Below, piece after piece: positions 1 to 12,245 of a stretch of 64,000 bases of DNA (the first letter of the stretch is position 1; each line of letters starts with the position of its first letter). The notes under the pieces are model-generated. The model saw only the letters and a program-made list of their open reading frames with translations, had not been told where the DNA came from and did no database searches. Source of the stretch: Octopus bimaculoides (taxonomy: Eukaryota). Where the stretch lies: NCBI RefSeq assembly GCF_001194135.2, contig NC_068984.1:98243816-98307815 (forward strand), read 5' to 3'. A program made the position numbers and the translations under genes.

Positions 1-616
1 GAGGGCCAGTTGGGTGGTACTGAAAACGGCCACGCTCAAAATGGTGTTTTTTATGTGCCACCTGCACAGGAGCCAGTCAGCTGGCAACGACCTCGCGCGA
101 ATGATTTTCTAACATGCCAGTAAGGCGACGATGGTAACGATCACGCTCAAATGGTGCNNNNNNNNNNCTAACATGCCAGTAAGGCGACGATGGTAACGAT
201 CACGCTCAAATGGTGCTATTTACGAGCCACTAGCACGGAAGCCAGGCAGCTGCTCTGGCAATGATCACGCTCGGACAGTGCTGTTAGTGCTCCACTGGCA
301 AAGGTGCCAGTCATCGAATATGGTTCAATTATGATTTCGATTTCGCTTACCCCAACAGGTCTTTGCAAGCAGAGTTTAGTGTCCAATGAAGGAGAGGTTG
401 GCATGGGTGCCAGTCATAGAATTTAGTTCAATTTCGATTTCAAATTCACTTGCCTAAACAGGTCTTCGCAAGCAGAGTTTAGTGTACAATGAAGTAAAGG
501 TTTGAATAAGTGAGCTGGCAACACTTCTGGCATATGCTCTCACTTGGCTTGCTGGGCCTTCTCACCTACTGCATATTTCCAAAGGTCCCAGTCACTAGTC
601 ATTGCCTCGGTGAGGC
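1..616 (-). mobile_element. RTE-clade LINE 3' fragment (end of RT ORF plus sub-repeated 3' UTR), truncated by a gap and the window edge
   Basis: Minus-strand 'LTEAMTSDWDLWKYAVGEKAQQAK*' matches the RTE ORF end at 61558-61794; the UTR is closely similar to 45875-46290. Confidence 0.8.
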
Positions 617-1469
617 NNNNNNNNNNNNNNNNNNNNNNNNNNNNNNNNNNNNNNNNNNNNNNNNNNNNNNNNNNNNNNNNNNNNNNNNNNNNNNNNNNNN
701 NNNNNNNNNNNNNNNNTATATATATATATACGTGTATATATATATATACGTATATATATATATACACACACACATATATATATACGTATATATCTATATA
801 TACATATACATACGTGTGTGTGTGTTTGTGTACATATATATACCTGAAGATTAGCTATATTTTTGAATAGAATTGATTTTCGATAGTTTTAATCGATTTA
901 AATATTCTTTCTATTTGAAAATTGGTTATGAAACACGTGTAGTCGTTTTATTATCACTATCGTATGATATTTACTTTGTATTATATTATACTTACTTTGC
1001 TTCTTCAAATGAAAGAATGCCATAAAATAACTTCGTTTGACACACATACACACACTGTATGTAAAATTTCTGTGCAAATTGTTATTTCTTGCAGTGTGCA
1101 CGTGCTAATTTACAGCTCAAATCCAATTGAAATGATCTTTCTCTATCCTGTAATGTGTGATTGTGATAAGCATATTTCAAACCTGATCTTTAATGTAAAT
1201 ATAAAAGGAAGTTTTCCAGAAATCCTGTCCTTTATCTCTTCTTTCTGGCATGTCCAAGGTGACATTTCCACCCCTCCTTATTTTTTTCCCTAAATTTCTT
1301 CCGATTCCTATGTTTGTGATACAGGAGGTTAAGATTTCACCAACAAAATATGTTCTCAATATTTCAATTTGCTTCCACTCCACACCAAATTCATTTTTTA
1401 CTGTTTTCAAATTTTTAGCCTTGGTAATACATGGAGAAAAAGCAGAGGGTACGAATTTTTAAGAATTTT

Positions 1470-1717
1470 ACCCATCACCTTACCACTTTCAAAGAGTGAC
1501 ACACTCCCAATGTTTCACTTTTAGCTTTTTGGAAAACAAGGAAGTTTCTTCAGAAATAGTGTTGTTTACCTGTTGTTTCTAGCATGCCGGGTTTTCTGGT
1601 GGTGGTCTGGTATTTTTTAAGTCTACTATTTCAGTAGAATTCTACACATGTGGGAAACATCAGCCAAAGTGAAAGTTTGGGAGATTTTAGCTTTTTGAAA
1701 GCTGGTAGGTGATGGGT
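1470..1717. mobile_element. ~250-bp MITE-like element with ~52-bp imperfect terminal inverted repeats
   Basis: 1470-1521 (acccatcaccttaccactttcaaag...ctcccaatgtttcacttt) is an imperfect reverse complement of 1666-1717. Confidence 0.55.
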
Positions 1718-2161
1718 GGGCAAGGTGGAGGAAGGGGCATTGAATGCTTCTTTAAGAAATATTAAACTATAAACAATGTATAAATATATATGTGTATTTC
1801 CCAGATTCGTAATCTCTGTATTTTTCTATGTAGATAACAAAAAAATTCTAAGAAAAGTTACAAATTAAGAAATTGCAGTAGGGATAGAGAGAAATTAAGA
1901 TATTGAAAACATGATTTCTGGACAAAATCGTATTATCCCCCTTTTATACGATGAAACAATACATAGTTTCTGATCCTTATTGAGAACAGAAAGCACTTTC
2001 ATGCAGATTGTACCCTCACCTTTCACTATTAAACAGACAATGACTTCCCATTATTCCATTAACTATATATCAGCTGTGCCGATACTGCCCATAAGAAAGG
2101 AGCAAATAATACAATGTGCTTGTATGTCATAACACTCGGGCAACACCAGGATGCATTGCTA

Positions 2162-2195
<34 letters not shown>

Positions 2196-2340
2196 TTGTT
2201 ATATTTTAAAGATGATATAGTGTGATTTGAAGAAGATTTAGATGTTATTTCTAGCAGATTCAATAATGGTGTAGAGGTTTCCTCATAGGGTTTTGTTATA
2301 AAATGTGCATCTTGTTAATATAATTATCACACTTAAATTA

Positions 2341-3320
2341 TAATATTCATAGTGGGCATACACTGTCACATTCACAACACACAAACACATGTACACAGAC
2401 CAATCATTACATATGTATACCAACACACATCCTAGTTCTTACGCACGCTTACTCATACAGATCTTTCCTCACACACACTTGTGTTCATATTGATTTTCAT
2501 CTACTTTCTTATTTCATATACTTTCACATACCTCCATTTACACCATCATACAGCCTCACTCACATCTGCACGTACATGTACGTACTCACAGCCTCACACA
2601 CTCCATCACTCATACGCAACATTACTCACACACACTCCATCACTCACACACACTTCGTCACTCACACTCCATCACTCATGCACACACCATCACTCATACA
2701 CACTATCATTCACACNNNNNNNNNNTAATATTCATAGTGGGCATACACTGTCACATTCACAACACACAAACACATGTACACAGACCAATCATTACATATG
2801 TATACCAACACACATCCTAGTTCTTACGCACGCTTACTCATACAGATCTTTCCTCACACACACTTGTGTTCATATTGATTTTCATCTACTTTCTTATTTC
2901 ATATACTTTCACATACCTCCATTTACACCATCATACAGCCTCACTCACATCTGCACGTACATGTACGTACTCACAGCCTCACACACTCCATCACTCATAC
3001 GCAACATTACTCACACACACTCCATCACTCACACACACTTCGTCACTCACACTCCATCACTCATGCACACACCATCACTCATACACACTATCATTCACAC
3101 ACCATCACTCACTCATACCTTCTTTCACTTGCACAATCAATTACAAACAACTTGCTCACATGCACCATCACTCTCTCTATGCATACACACATCTCACATC
3201 AATTCCCTATACATTCACACACTTAAATACACACCATTTCCCCTACAAATATATACATTACCCTACTCATCACACACACATACACATCATCACTTCATCA
3301 CCACCATCATAGAGAGACAT
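2341..3320. repeat. Low-complexity CAC/ACAC/TCAC-rich tract; 2341-2715 is duplicated at 2726-3100 across a 10-N gap
   Basis: Direct reading of the sequence; the long His/Thr-rich ORFs here result from the repeat. Confidence 0.85.
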
Positions 3321-4504
3321 ACAGATACATTTAAGTATTCATGCCTGTAAGTACAAACATGAGAATATAGGTTGACTTAAGTGTTTAAGAATTTCAAATG
3401 GTGAGATTTTAGTTGACTTCCTCAATGTTTGTAATTAGTAAGTTCTTATATAAGCTGATGCCATCTGAACCATATTTTATGGAGATTCTTTTATATTTCT
3501 CATTCCCTCTTTCTTTTTCTTCTTCATATATTTTTATAGTATATTCATTTCACTTTTTAATTAATAAATATATGTGCTCCAGCATGACCACAGCCGCATG
3601 GCTGAAATGAGTAAAAGAATAAAAGAATTTAAGATAGAGAATATACATGTTTATTATATGAAATAACAACTTATTAGTATTTTGTAAGCAGAGCATCATG
3701 CTAGATAATAATATATACTATAAGTATTACAATTTAAACATTTATGCTGCAGTGTAGCGTTGTCAGTGCTCAGGTCACATTTTCGAGTGAGGAAAATTTT
3801 GACACCATTTTACAAACAATAAAGGTTTAAAGTTTTTGGGTGTTTCTGAATGGCTAACATGACTTCCATGCTGAAATCGTTTTAGTTTCAACACACAATC
3901 TCAGATCAAAACACTTGCCTGGCAAATTATATTTCTATTCAACATTATTGAATTGCGTACTCTTTTAATGCATATGAATACATAAAATATATATATATAT
4001 ATATATATAACACACGCACGCACGCAGCTGATTATGTTGGAGTGATACTACATCAAACTACCATCAAAAATGTGTGCAATGGACAAATAGTTATTGTATA
4101 ACTTTCCGTATGAAATCATTTATGTCCAATGGTATTAGAAATGGAGTGGTACTGAAACAACTGTAACCATCATAATGATGTGCTAAAATTTGTTCTTCAT
4201 CTTCGTAATTGTATTATATGTTATTTTTTGTTAAGACTCATACATTGCTTTTACCAGTGATGTACTTGGAATTTCTGTACCAGTGGACTTTCAGGAGTGT
4301 AGGTTGAGTGCTATATTGGAAATACACTGTTTTCTTCTCTATCAGAACCTACCCTACTGTATTACTTTGTGTATGTGTGTACAGGGCATTCAGGTTTAAT
4401 TTGACAGTTTGTATAAAAGGGTAAGAGAACACAACATCCTATCCAAAAATTAAAATATTTTAAAAAATTAAAATATTTTAAAAAATTAAAAATCTAACAA
4501 TTAG

Positions 4505-5780
4505 ATTATTGCTGGGTGATAACAGCTTGCTCAAAGTAGCCACTCTTAGCCTCTACTATGACCTCAAGACCACTCCAGAACTTTTGTGTTCCGCTAGCAA
4601 GAGATTCTCCTTTTCCAGAAAATTGTATACTTCATCTGCTACGAAGCCAGTTAATAGTTTCCAGGAAAATGGTAAGCAAGTAATGGCCTATAATTGCTGA
4701 CTTCCCCTCTCTTTTCTTTGCCCTTCTGTATCAGCACTGTTATTTCTTTTGTCATCCCTGTTGTTGTTCCATCTTTTATGCAGTCAGTAAAGAAATGGCT
4801 ATATATAAGTGTGTATACTTGGGAGATTCTTGAGCCAGAAACCCAGGCACACCATTTGGTCCAGGAGTTTTACAGTTTTGTATTTTCTTAATCATCTCTT
4901 ATTTTCTTATCCATGATTGTTATATTTTCTTATGTCATTTCAACTTCCATTTCTCTTTTAAAATCCTGTTTACCAGTCTGCTTTTATACTATATTAGGCT
5001 TCTTTACTCCAGATTTCTGCCCAGAATTTCCTTGCTGCTTCAGTATCTGACATGTCATTTCGCTGGTGATATCTACATATATTGATCAGTTGTTTATAGA
5101 ATTTTCTTTTGTTGTTCTTGAAAAGTCTATTCTGCTGGTACAGATTTGTTCTCTGTTGGTATCTGGGGTTTTTTGGTTTTTTTTTGTATCCAACACTGCT
5201 TTGATTTTTTTTTTGTATCCAACACTGCTTTGATTTTTTTTTTGTCTTAATTCCTTTTTTCACAACTTGCAGTCCTTTGTGTTTTATGTTGTATTTCCTT
5301 TGCAGTTCCTGTGTTTTTCCCTCACCCTTTTTTTTATGATTGCAGATATCCATTCAAGATTTCTGTTGAGCTTTTCAATTTGGTTCTCAAGCCTTTGTTC
5401 CCACTATGGGGCTTTGCCCTTTGTTTTTCTTTCACTTTTAATCCAAGAGTTTGCACAGCAACAGAAGCTGCACAGTAAGATCTGTTGTGTTTTTGATGTA
5501 GATTTTTGTTCATCTATCTTTTTCACTATTTTGTAGAGTTTTCCTCTTTTGATTCCTCTCAAAGCTGGAAGCATCTTTCTTTCACTATTTCATGCCTCAT
5601 TAAGTAGTTAGTTGTTGTTGTTGTTGTTCTCTTTTAAATTCCTGTAACCAGTCTGTTTTGTATATTATGTTGGACTTCTTTACTCCAGATTCCTGCCCAG
5701 AATTTCCTTGCTGCTTCAGTATCTGACATATCATTTCCCTGATGATATCTAATTATATTGATCAGTTGTTTTTATTATTT
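4505..5780 (-). mobile_element. Dong/R4-clade non-LTR retrotransposon fragment(s), pre-RT and RT N-terminal part, decayed
   Basis: Minus-strand 'FYKQL...FWAEIWS' and 'RPITCLPFSWKLLTGFVADEVYNFLEKENLL..EHK'; same family as 5781-8340. Confidence 0.75.
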
Positions 5781-8340
5781 CTCATCTTTGCCTTCTTCAT
5801 TTTTCATAGCTGGGCTAAGGTTTGTGCTCATACCATGTCTTGTCTCTCTCTAATCCCCACTTTTTACAGTTTCCAATGTAGCATTTTTGCTACCAGATTG
5901 TGTCACCACAACTTGTAGTGATTTGCAGCAAGTCTGGGGTATTTGTTCATGACATGGGCAATGGTTTCATCCACTTTATTGCAGATGCAGCACAATGGAG
6001 ACACTTGCTCATTCCTAAGGTTAACCCTCCAGTTCATGACCAAAACTTGGTCTTGCGCTGCCAGTATAATGCTCTGTCTCTTTTTTTAGTGTTCCTTTCA
6101 TCAGCCAATCCCACCTAGTTTTTCCAATAACTTCTGTTGTGGTAATATGGAATTGATTGTGTCGTCCTTTCTTGTGTAATTCTTTTCATGTCCTTTTTGT
6201 ACTTCTTCCCTTATTTTTCCCTTTTTCTCTGCTTTCAATACTCCTTTGTTCCTAACTGTCACTAGCAACGTTTCCTTACTTTGGTTTAGGTATCTCATTA
6301 AGCTCTCAAATTCAATACACATGCAATCTTCCACACTTATTAGTCCTCTTCTTCCATTTGTTCTCTTCATGTATAGGCAATCAATGTCTATATGTGGATG
6401 ATATGATCCATGCATTGTTAGAGGTTTTCTTGACTTCCTGTCCATCTCCTTTAGCTCCTTCTCTGTCCATTTCAGGATTCCAGCACCATATCGAACTACT
6501 GAAACTGCACACAAGTTTATTGTTGAAATTATGTTTCTGGCATTCAGCTTTGAAACCAATATTTTTCTCACTTGCTGCAGGTACTCTCTTTTTGTCTTTT
6601 CCATCATGTTGTATTTGATTCCATCTGCCTCAAATATTCCCAGGTATTTATAGCTGGATTGAAGTTGAATTATCTTCATCATTTCACCACTTGGCAACCT
6701 TATGCCTTCTGTCCTGACAAACTTTCTTCGTCTCATTACCATTGTAGTACATTTTGAGAATCCAAACTCCATCTTAATATCATTGGAGAAAATCTGCACA
6801 GACTAGACTGGATTGTCCAGTTCTACCTCAGTTTTTGTGAATAGTTTCAGGTCGTCCATGAATAGCAAGTGGTTCAGTTTTCCCTTACCTCTTCCCAGAT
6901 CGTATCTTAACTTTGTTTTCTGTAGTATTTCCCTCAAGGGGATNNNNNNNNNNGGGGGGGGGGGGGGGGGACACTGTCCCCCTAGAAAATTCCTCTCTTG
7001 ATTTTCACCTTTCCTAATACTTGATTACCTGCTGTCAATTTAGTTCTTCAGCCCTTCATGTTATTCCATATAAGGCTTCTCATATTTTCTGTTACTCTAT
7101 ACTTCTTCATTGTTCTTATTATCTAGGAGTGTGGTGTCATATTGTATGCTTTGCGATAGTCAACCCATGTCATGCTCAGGTTTGTGTGTTTTCTCTTACA
7201 GTTCCTGATAATTGGATTATCAAGTAAGAACTGATCCTTTGTTCCCCAGCTCCTCTTTCAGCACCCTTTCTGTTCTATAGGTAGCAGCCCACTTTTTCCC
7301 AAATATCTACACAGTTCACCAGTCAGAGCATCTAACATTAGTTTCCACTTTAGTGGAAGGCATGTTATTAGTCTAAAGTTGGATGCAACATTTCCCTTTT
7401 CAGGATCCTTGTCACATAACAATGCCTTTCCCTTTGTCATCCAGCTGGGTACTGTGCCTTCTTGCAAGCACTCTTCTAGCTGTTGCGCTATCCTTTCATG
7501 GAGCCCTCTCAGCTTCTTCATCCAATGACCTCGGACCCCATCTGGTCCTGGGTTCTTCCAATTTTGGAATTTTCTTAACTGCTTTTTTATCATTTCTGTA
7601 GTTATTTTTATGTCTTCTTGGTCTTCTATATTTCTTAACCTATCTTGGGGTTCATGCAGCCACTCTGCTTCATCATTATGCTCTACAGGTTGGTCCCAGA
7701 TCCCTCTCCAGAATACCCTGCTTTCCTCTGCATCTGGTAACATTGTTATGTGTAATTGTCCATCTAGTTCCTGAAGCAGTTTCTTCTCATTTACTTTAAA
7801 CTTTGGTTTGAATTGTTTTGATCTATTGTCATATCTTTCCAGTTTTGCTTTGATTGCTACTACTCCTTGTTTCAGTTCTTCCAATATCACATCACACCTT
7901 TTATCTCTTATTCTATATGGTCTTTCCAGCATTATTCTTATGCTCTTGTTCTACAATTCCCCTCTTCTCACTCTATCAACTTATCCTAAATGTCTTTTTA
8001 ACTTTATTTCTCACAAATTTGTCTATGCCAATTTGGTTTTTACGTTCTGTTTGTTCTTTTTTTTTTTTATATCCAACTCTGTCTGCAGCAACCATAGCTG
8101 CAGCCCAAATAATCTTGTTAGTTTCAGTTATATTTCTTGTCTGGAATAGCTCAAGGACCAAATCTATCTTTTCGGTTTCAACTTTGAGCTTGCATCGATC
8201 AATGTACCTCAGATTAGTGGGTGTTTGATCCTGGTCTTCTCTAATATATTGGTACAGCATCCTCACTATATCGTGTTGGTCATCATTGTATTTTTGTGAT
8301 ATAGCTCTTCCTATTACTTCTTCTTCATATGCTGAGAATG
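5781..8340 (-). mobile_element. Dong/R4-clade non-LTR retrotransposon remnant: pre-RT, RT and degenerate CCHC region; frameshifted, with a gap at 6944-6953
   Basis: Minus-strand motifs 'FWRGIWD', 'NPGPDGV', 'NFRLITCLPLKWKL', 'EQKGC', 'VDYRKAY', 'NHLLFMDDLKLF', 'MEFGFSKC', 'YKYLG', 'RGLISVEDC' and 'CCIC...ETIAH'; the FMDD active site and these flanks are typical of R4/Dong. Confidence 0.85.
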
Positions 8341-8500
8341 CATTTACACTTTGCTCTATATCTTCACTGCCGTCATTTATTTCTCTGTTCTCACTGGGGA
8401 GTTGGGCTACAATTGTAGTCTTTCAATAGAGTTGGTGAAATATTATTGCTATTTTCTACTTTCCTTTTTATCTCTTCAATTTCTATATCTGTTAGTCACC

Positions 8501-8501
<1 letters not shown>

Positions 8502-8535
<34 letters not shown>
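8502..8535. repeat. (TTA)n microsatellite
   Basis: About 11 perfect TTA units. Confidence 0.95.
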
Positions 8536-10039
8536 GTTAGATTGTAAAATGAATCCTGTCTGAGTTTATGTATATATCTAGCAATAAGACTTAATGTGCT
8601 TTTCATTTTTAATGTATCCTTCCATTTTTAAAGATAATATTGTGTGATTGAAGAAGATTTAGCCATTATTGCTATTTTATTGAATGATAACTTAGAAAGT
8701 CCCAGATTGACCTGTTTTCTGTTGTATTTCTAGTTTTTACTTCTTGGACAGTCCTAATCTATCAGACTTGTGATCAAAGATATTCCTGCCAAGATCATCC
8801 TGTATTTGATTTGACATTGTTATTTAGAACTACATTATCAAGCATGTTTTACTATTTTTTTGTTTTTGTTTTAAACATTGGGCTGTGATTTAATAGAGAT
8901 CTGCACTCTATTTCTAGTAGATCAAACAACCACATTGAAGGTTCTTCATTTCCTATTGCCATACATCTGGTTATACAATGTTGTTTCCCACTACTTCCTT
9001 CTAATAGTTCTTATCTCATCAAACACTCTACTGAAAGACTACAATTGTAGCCCCACTTCCCTTTCTCGCCTTCCAGCAACCAGTTGTGGACACTTGCATA
9101 ATTCCCATCACATATGTTGTTACTCTCTGCAGCCATACCTTCATGTATCTCTCTTTTCTTAATTATTCTGTTGCTAGTTCTTTCTTTTTATTTTATTTCC
9201 TTCATTCTTTCTCTGTCTTTTCTTTCTGTTCATATTTTCTTCTTTATTTCTTTTTCTCTGTCTTCTAGCTTTCCTTCATCCTGTTATCAAAAACTTATAT
9301 GAAAAACATATAAATTTTCTCAAGAACTTCTCTTGTTCATAGTTGGTTATCATTTCATTGAAATGCTTCTATTTCCTAATACTTAGATGCTGATGGATAT
9401 TTTTTTGTTCTGTCCATCTGGCTGTAAGTCATTCGTGATTCCTTCCTAGAGCAGTGTACAATCTGCTTCAATCCTTAGCTAATACTAGATGGTAGGGTTG
9501 GAATAACACTGTTGATTTTAAACCAACATAGAATATATTCTGGTAGCATGCAAGTCACCTCTTAGAAAACATATATAGCAACATAACAAGTCATGAATAT
9601 CTTTATGATGAATTAAAACAAAACAATGCTCAAGCTTGAATGTAATGAGGTGAGAGAAAATATCACAAAGTATACAAAGAAAAGTTAGAACTTGGAATTC
9701 TGAATGCTGCATATGACTGGAAAATGCAGTGGATTTAGTAGAAGTACTATAGTTCCCAAACTATATTTCTTTAATGAAGTAATGCCCTAACTTTATGGCT
9801 TAATCTAATTTGACCTGTACTTATCTTGAATGATTAGTTTAATCTGTTGTCTGATTTAACATCAACACCTGGCATTTAAATACAATTAACAGGATCCACT
9901 CAGGTGCAAGTATTTGGATCAAGCTTGTGATGCTTGTGATTCAAAAGTGTGACCAGTAGTATATTTATTATCTAAAAGACTTTTATCCAAATGACTAAAG
10001 ACTCTGCCAATTTGCCACCTGCTTAAGTCATAAAATAAA

Positions 10040-10270
10040 AGTCATCTGCATCATTAGAAATAGTTGTTTCTAATTTAAGCACAAGGCTAGTAAGTTTGAG
10101 AGGAAGCAGTTTATTACATTGATCCCATTACTTGGCTAATATTTCTATCAACCCTGGAGAGATGAATAGAAAAGTTGATCTGGGCAGGATTCGAACTCAG
10201 AAAGTAAAGTACTGGAAGAAATGCTTTGAGGCAATTTTTCAATTACTCCAGTGATTTTGTCAGCTCACCA
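10040..10270 (-). mobile_element. tRNA-derived SINE, (ATT)n-tailed family ('family C' in this report)
   Basis: 'gcacaaggc...tacattgatccca...gatttgaactcag..' core shared with many copies in the window; B-box-like 'gagttcgaatcc' on the minus strand. Confidence 0.7.
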
Positions 10271-10302
10271 TCCTTCCATCATTAGAAATAACGGTCAACA
10301 TT

Positions 10303-11275
10303 ATCCCCGGACTGGCTCATGTGCGGGCGACACATGAAATCTTTCGAGCGGGATTGTTGCCAGTGCCCCTGGACTGGCTCATGTGCAGGCGACACATGAT
10401 ATCTTTCGTGCGAGATCATTGCCAGTGCCCATGGACTGGCTCTTGTGCGAGTGACACATGAGGTTTTTCGAGCGAGATCGTTGGCGGTGCCCCTGGACTG
10501 GCTCATGTGCGGGCGACACATGAAATCTTTCGAGCGGGATCGTTGTCAGTGTCCCTGGACTGGCTTATGTGCGGGAGACACATGAAATCTTTCGAGCGGG
10601 ATCGATGCCAGTGCCCCTNNNNNNNNNNNNNNNNNNNNNNNNNNNNNNNNNNNNNNNNNNNNNNNNNNNNNNNNNNNNNNNNNNNNNNNNNNNNNNNNNN
10701 NNNNNNNNNNNNNNNNNNNNNNNNNNNNNNNNNNNNNNNNNNNNNNNNNNNNNNNNNNNNNNNNNNNNNNNNNNNNNNNNNNNNNNNNNNNNNNNNNNNN
10801 NNNNNNNNNNNNNNNNNNNNNNNNNNNNNNNNNNNNNNATCCCCGGACTGGCTCATGTGCGGGCGACACATGAAATCTTTCGAGCGGGATTGTTGCCAGT
10901 GCCCCTGGACTGGCTCATGTGCAGGCGACACATGATATCTTTCGTGCGAGATCATTGCCAGTGCCCATGGACTGGCTCTTGTGCGAGTGACACATGAGGT
11001 TTTTCGAGCGAGATCGTTGCCGGTGCCCCTGGACTGGCTCTTGTGCGGGTGGCACATAAAAGACACCATTTCGAGCGTGGCCGTTTTCGTGCGGGTGACA
11101 CGTAAAAGCACCCACTACACTCTCTGAGTGGTTGGCGTTAGGAAGGGCATCCAGCTGTAGAAACTCTGCCAAATCAGATTGGAGCCTGGTGTTGCCATCC
11201 GGTTTCACCAGTCCTCAGTCAAATCGTCCAACCCATGCTAGCATGGAAGGTGGACGTTAAACGATGATGATGATT
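10303..11275 (+). mobile_element. RTE 3'-UTR-derived element: tandem array of 62-bp units followed by the RTE terminal segment and a (GAT)n tail
   Basis: ggactggct at 10309, 10371, 10433, 10495 and 10557 (period 62); 11040-11275 is nearly identical to the RTE 3' end at about 61950-62141. Confidence 0.85.
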
Positions 11276-11364
11276 TCTAGTTTATAAAGCTTACTTTCAA
11301 TAGGCTTATCTTCTATTTCCATAGTCTTCTAAATGCTTTGCATTTTCACATATGCCTTAATCTA

Positions 11365-12197
11365 TATGCCACTCAAGAACTGGCAAAAGAACTTCAAGTT
11401 AATCAGAAAACTGCCTGCAACCTTTTGCATGCGATTGGAAAGTCAAAAGCACTTGACAAATGGGTACCACACAATTTGAAGGAAAATCAGAAAATGCGCT
11501 GATATGAAATTTGCTTGTCGCTTCTCCATAACCAGACTGATCCATTTCTCAGCCATATTGTAGCTTGCAATGAAAAGTGGATTCTGTACAATAATAAAAA
11601 ACTTTCTTCGCAGTGGTTAAACCAAAATGTAGTACTGAAAACCTTCCCTAAACCCAAGCTCTTCAAAAAGATGCTTATGGTGACTTCTTGGTGGTGTGCT
11701 GCTGGACTTGTCCACTATAACTTCTCAAAACCTAGAAAAACCATTCTGTAGAAACATATTGCCATGAAATTGCTAAAATGAATGAAAAATTACCACTCCT
11801 CTGTCCCTGACTTGTCAACAGAAGAGGTCCAATCATTCTTCATGACAATGCTCAACCTGCATGTTTCACTAATGACACTCCAGGAGTTGAGGAAACTTGG
11901 CTATGATGTTCTTCACCAGACCTTTCTCCTACCGACTACCACTTTTTCAAGCACCTTGATGGTTTCCTGCGAGATAAAGAGTTCAAAAATCAAGCCGATG
12001 CTGAAAGTGCATTCAAAGCATTCATCAGCTCCAGAACTGCAGATTTTTATGGTACCAGAATAAATAAACTTGTAACTCGTTGGCAAAATGTGCTGATTGT
12101 AATGGTACTACTCTGATGAATAAAATTTCCGCATTGTTGAAATATATTGTGATGAATTTCATTTTTTCAAAATGTTGCTTATTTTCTACTCAGCCCG

Positions 12198-12198
<1 letters not shown>
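11365..12198 (+). mobile_element. mariner (D,D34D) transposase remnant, pseudogenised, with a probable right end near 12198
   Basis: 'LDKWVPHNL', 'IVACNEKW' (first D mutated to N), 'LHDNA', 'PTDYHFFKHL' and 'LVTRWQKC' across frameshifts. Confidence 0.88.

Positions 12199-12245
<47 letters not shown>

Noticed and set aside
510-870. ORFs rich in Y/I/C/V or H/T (also 40651-41259, 48447-48740 and others)
   Set aside because: They are translations of (TA)n, (TG)n or (CA)n microsatellites and N gaps
860-1130. Promoter suggested by scattered CpGs and CACGTG boxes
   Set aside because: AT-rich, with no adjacent first exon or ORF; the motifs are short enough to arise by chance
2341-3100. 375-bp perfect tandem duplication
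   Set aside because: Identical copies on either side of a 10-N gap indicate overlapping contig ends; the same pattern occurs at 158-167, 46765-46774 and 52906-53019
2481-3350. 289-aa His/Thr-rich ORF as a metal-binding protein
   Set aside because: It is a translation of CA-rich low-complexity DNA and spans an N gap
4505-4700. ORF 4509-4700 with AG...GTAAGC as the missing upstream BARD1 exon
   Set aside because: No ankyrin GETxLH motif; a stop occurs in the phase required to join the next exon; the opposite strand is Dong RT sequence
5781-8535. Dong/R4 as the partner LINE of the (ATT)n-tailed SINE
   Set aside because: The adjacent repeat reads (TAA)n in Dong sense, whereas the SINE tails read (ATT)n; the Dong 3' end is absent, so no shared tail can be shown
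10303-10620. Hammerhead ribozymes in the 62-bp units (minus-strand ATGAG...CTCGAAA; plus-strand stem followed by GAAA)
   Set aside because: The core reads CACATGA or CTGGCTC, not CUGANGA; essential U4/G5 are missing in every unit
10303-11040. 62-bp array as a CRISPR array
   Set aside because: The units are wholly repeated with no unique spacers, there are no cas genes, the context is a eukaryotic intron, and the units derive from the RTE UTR
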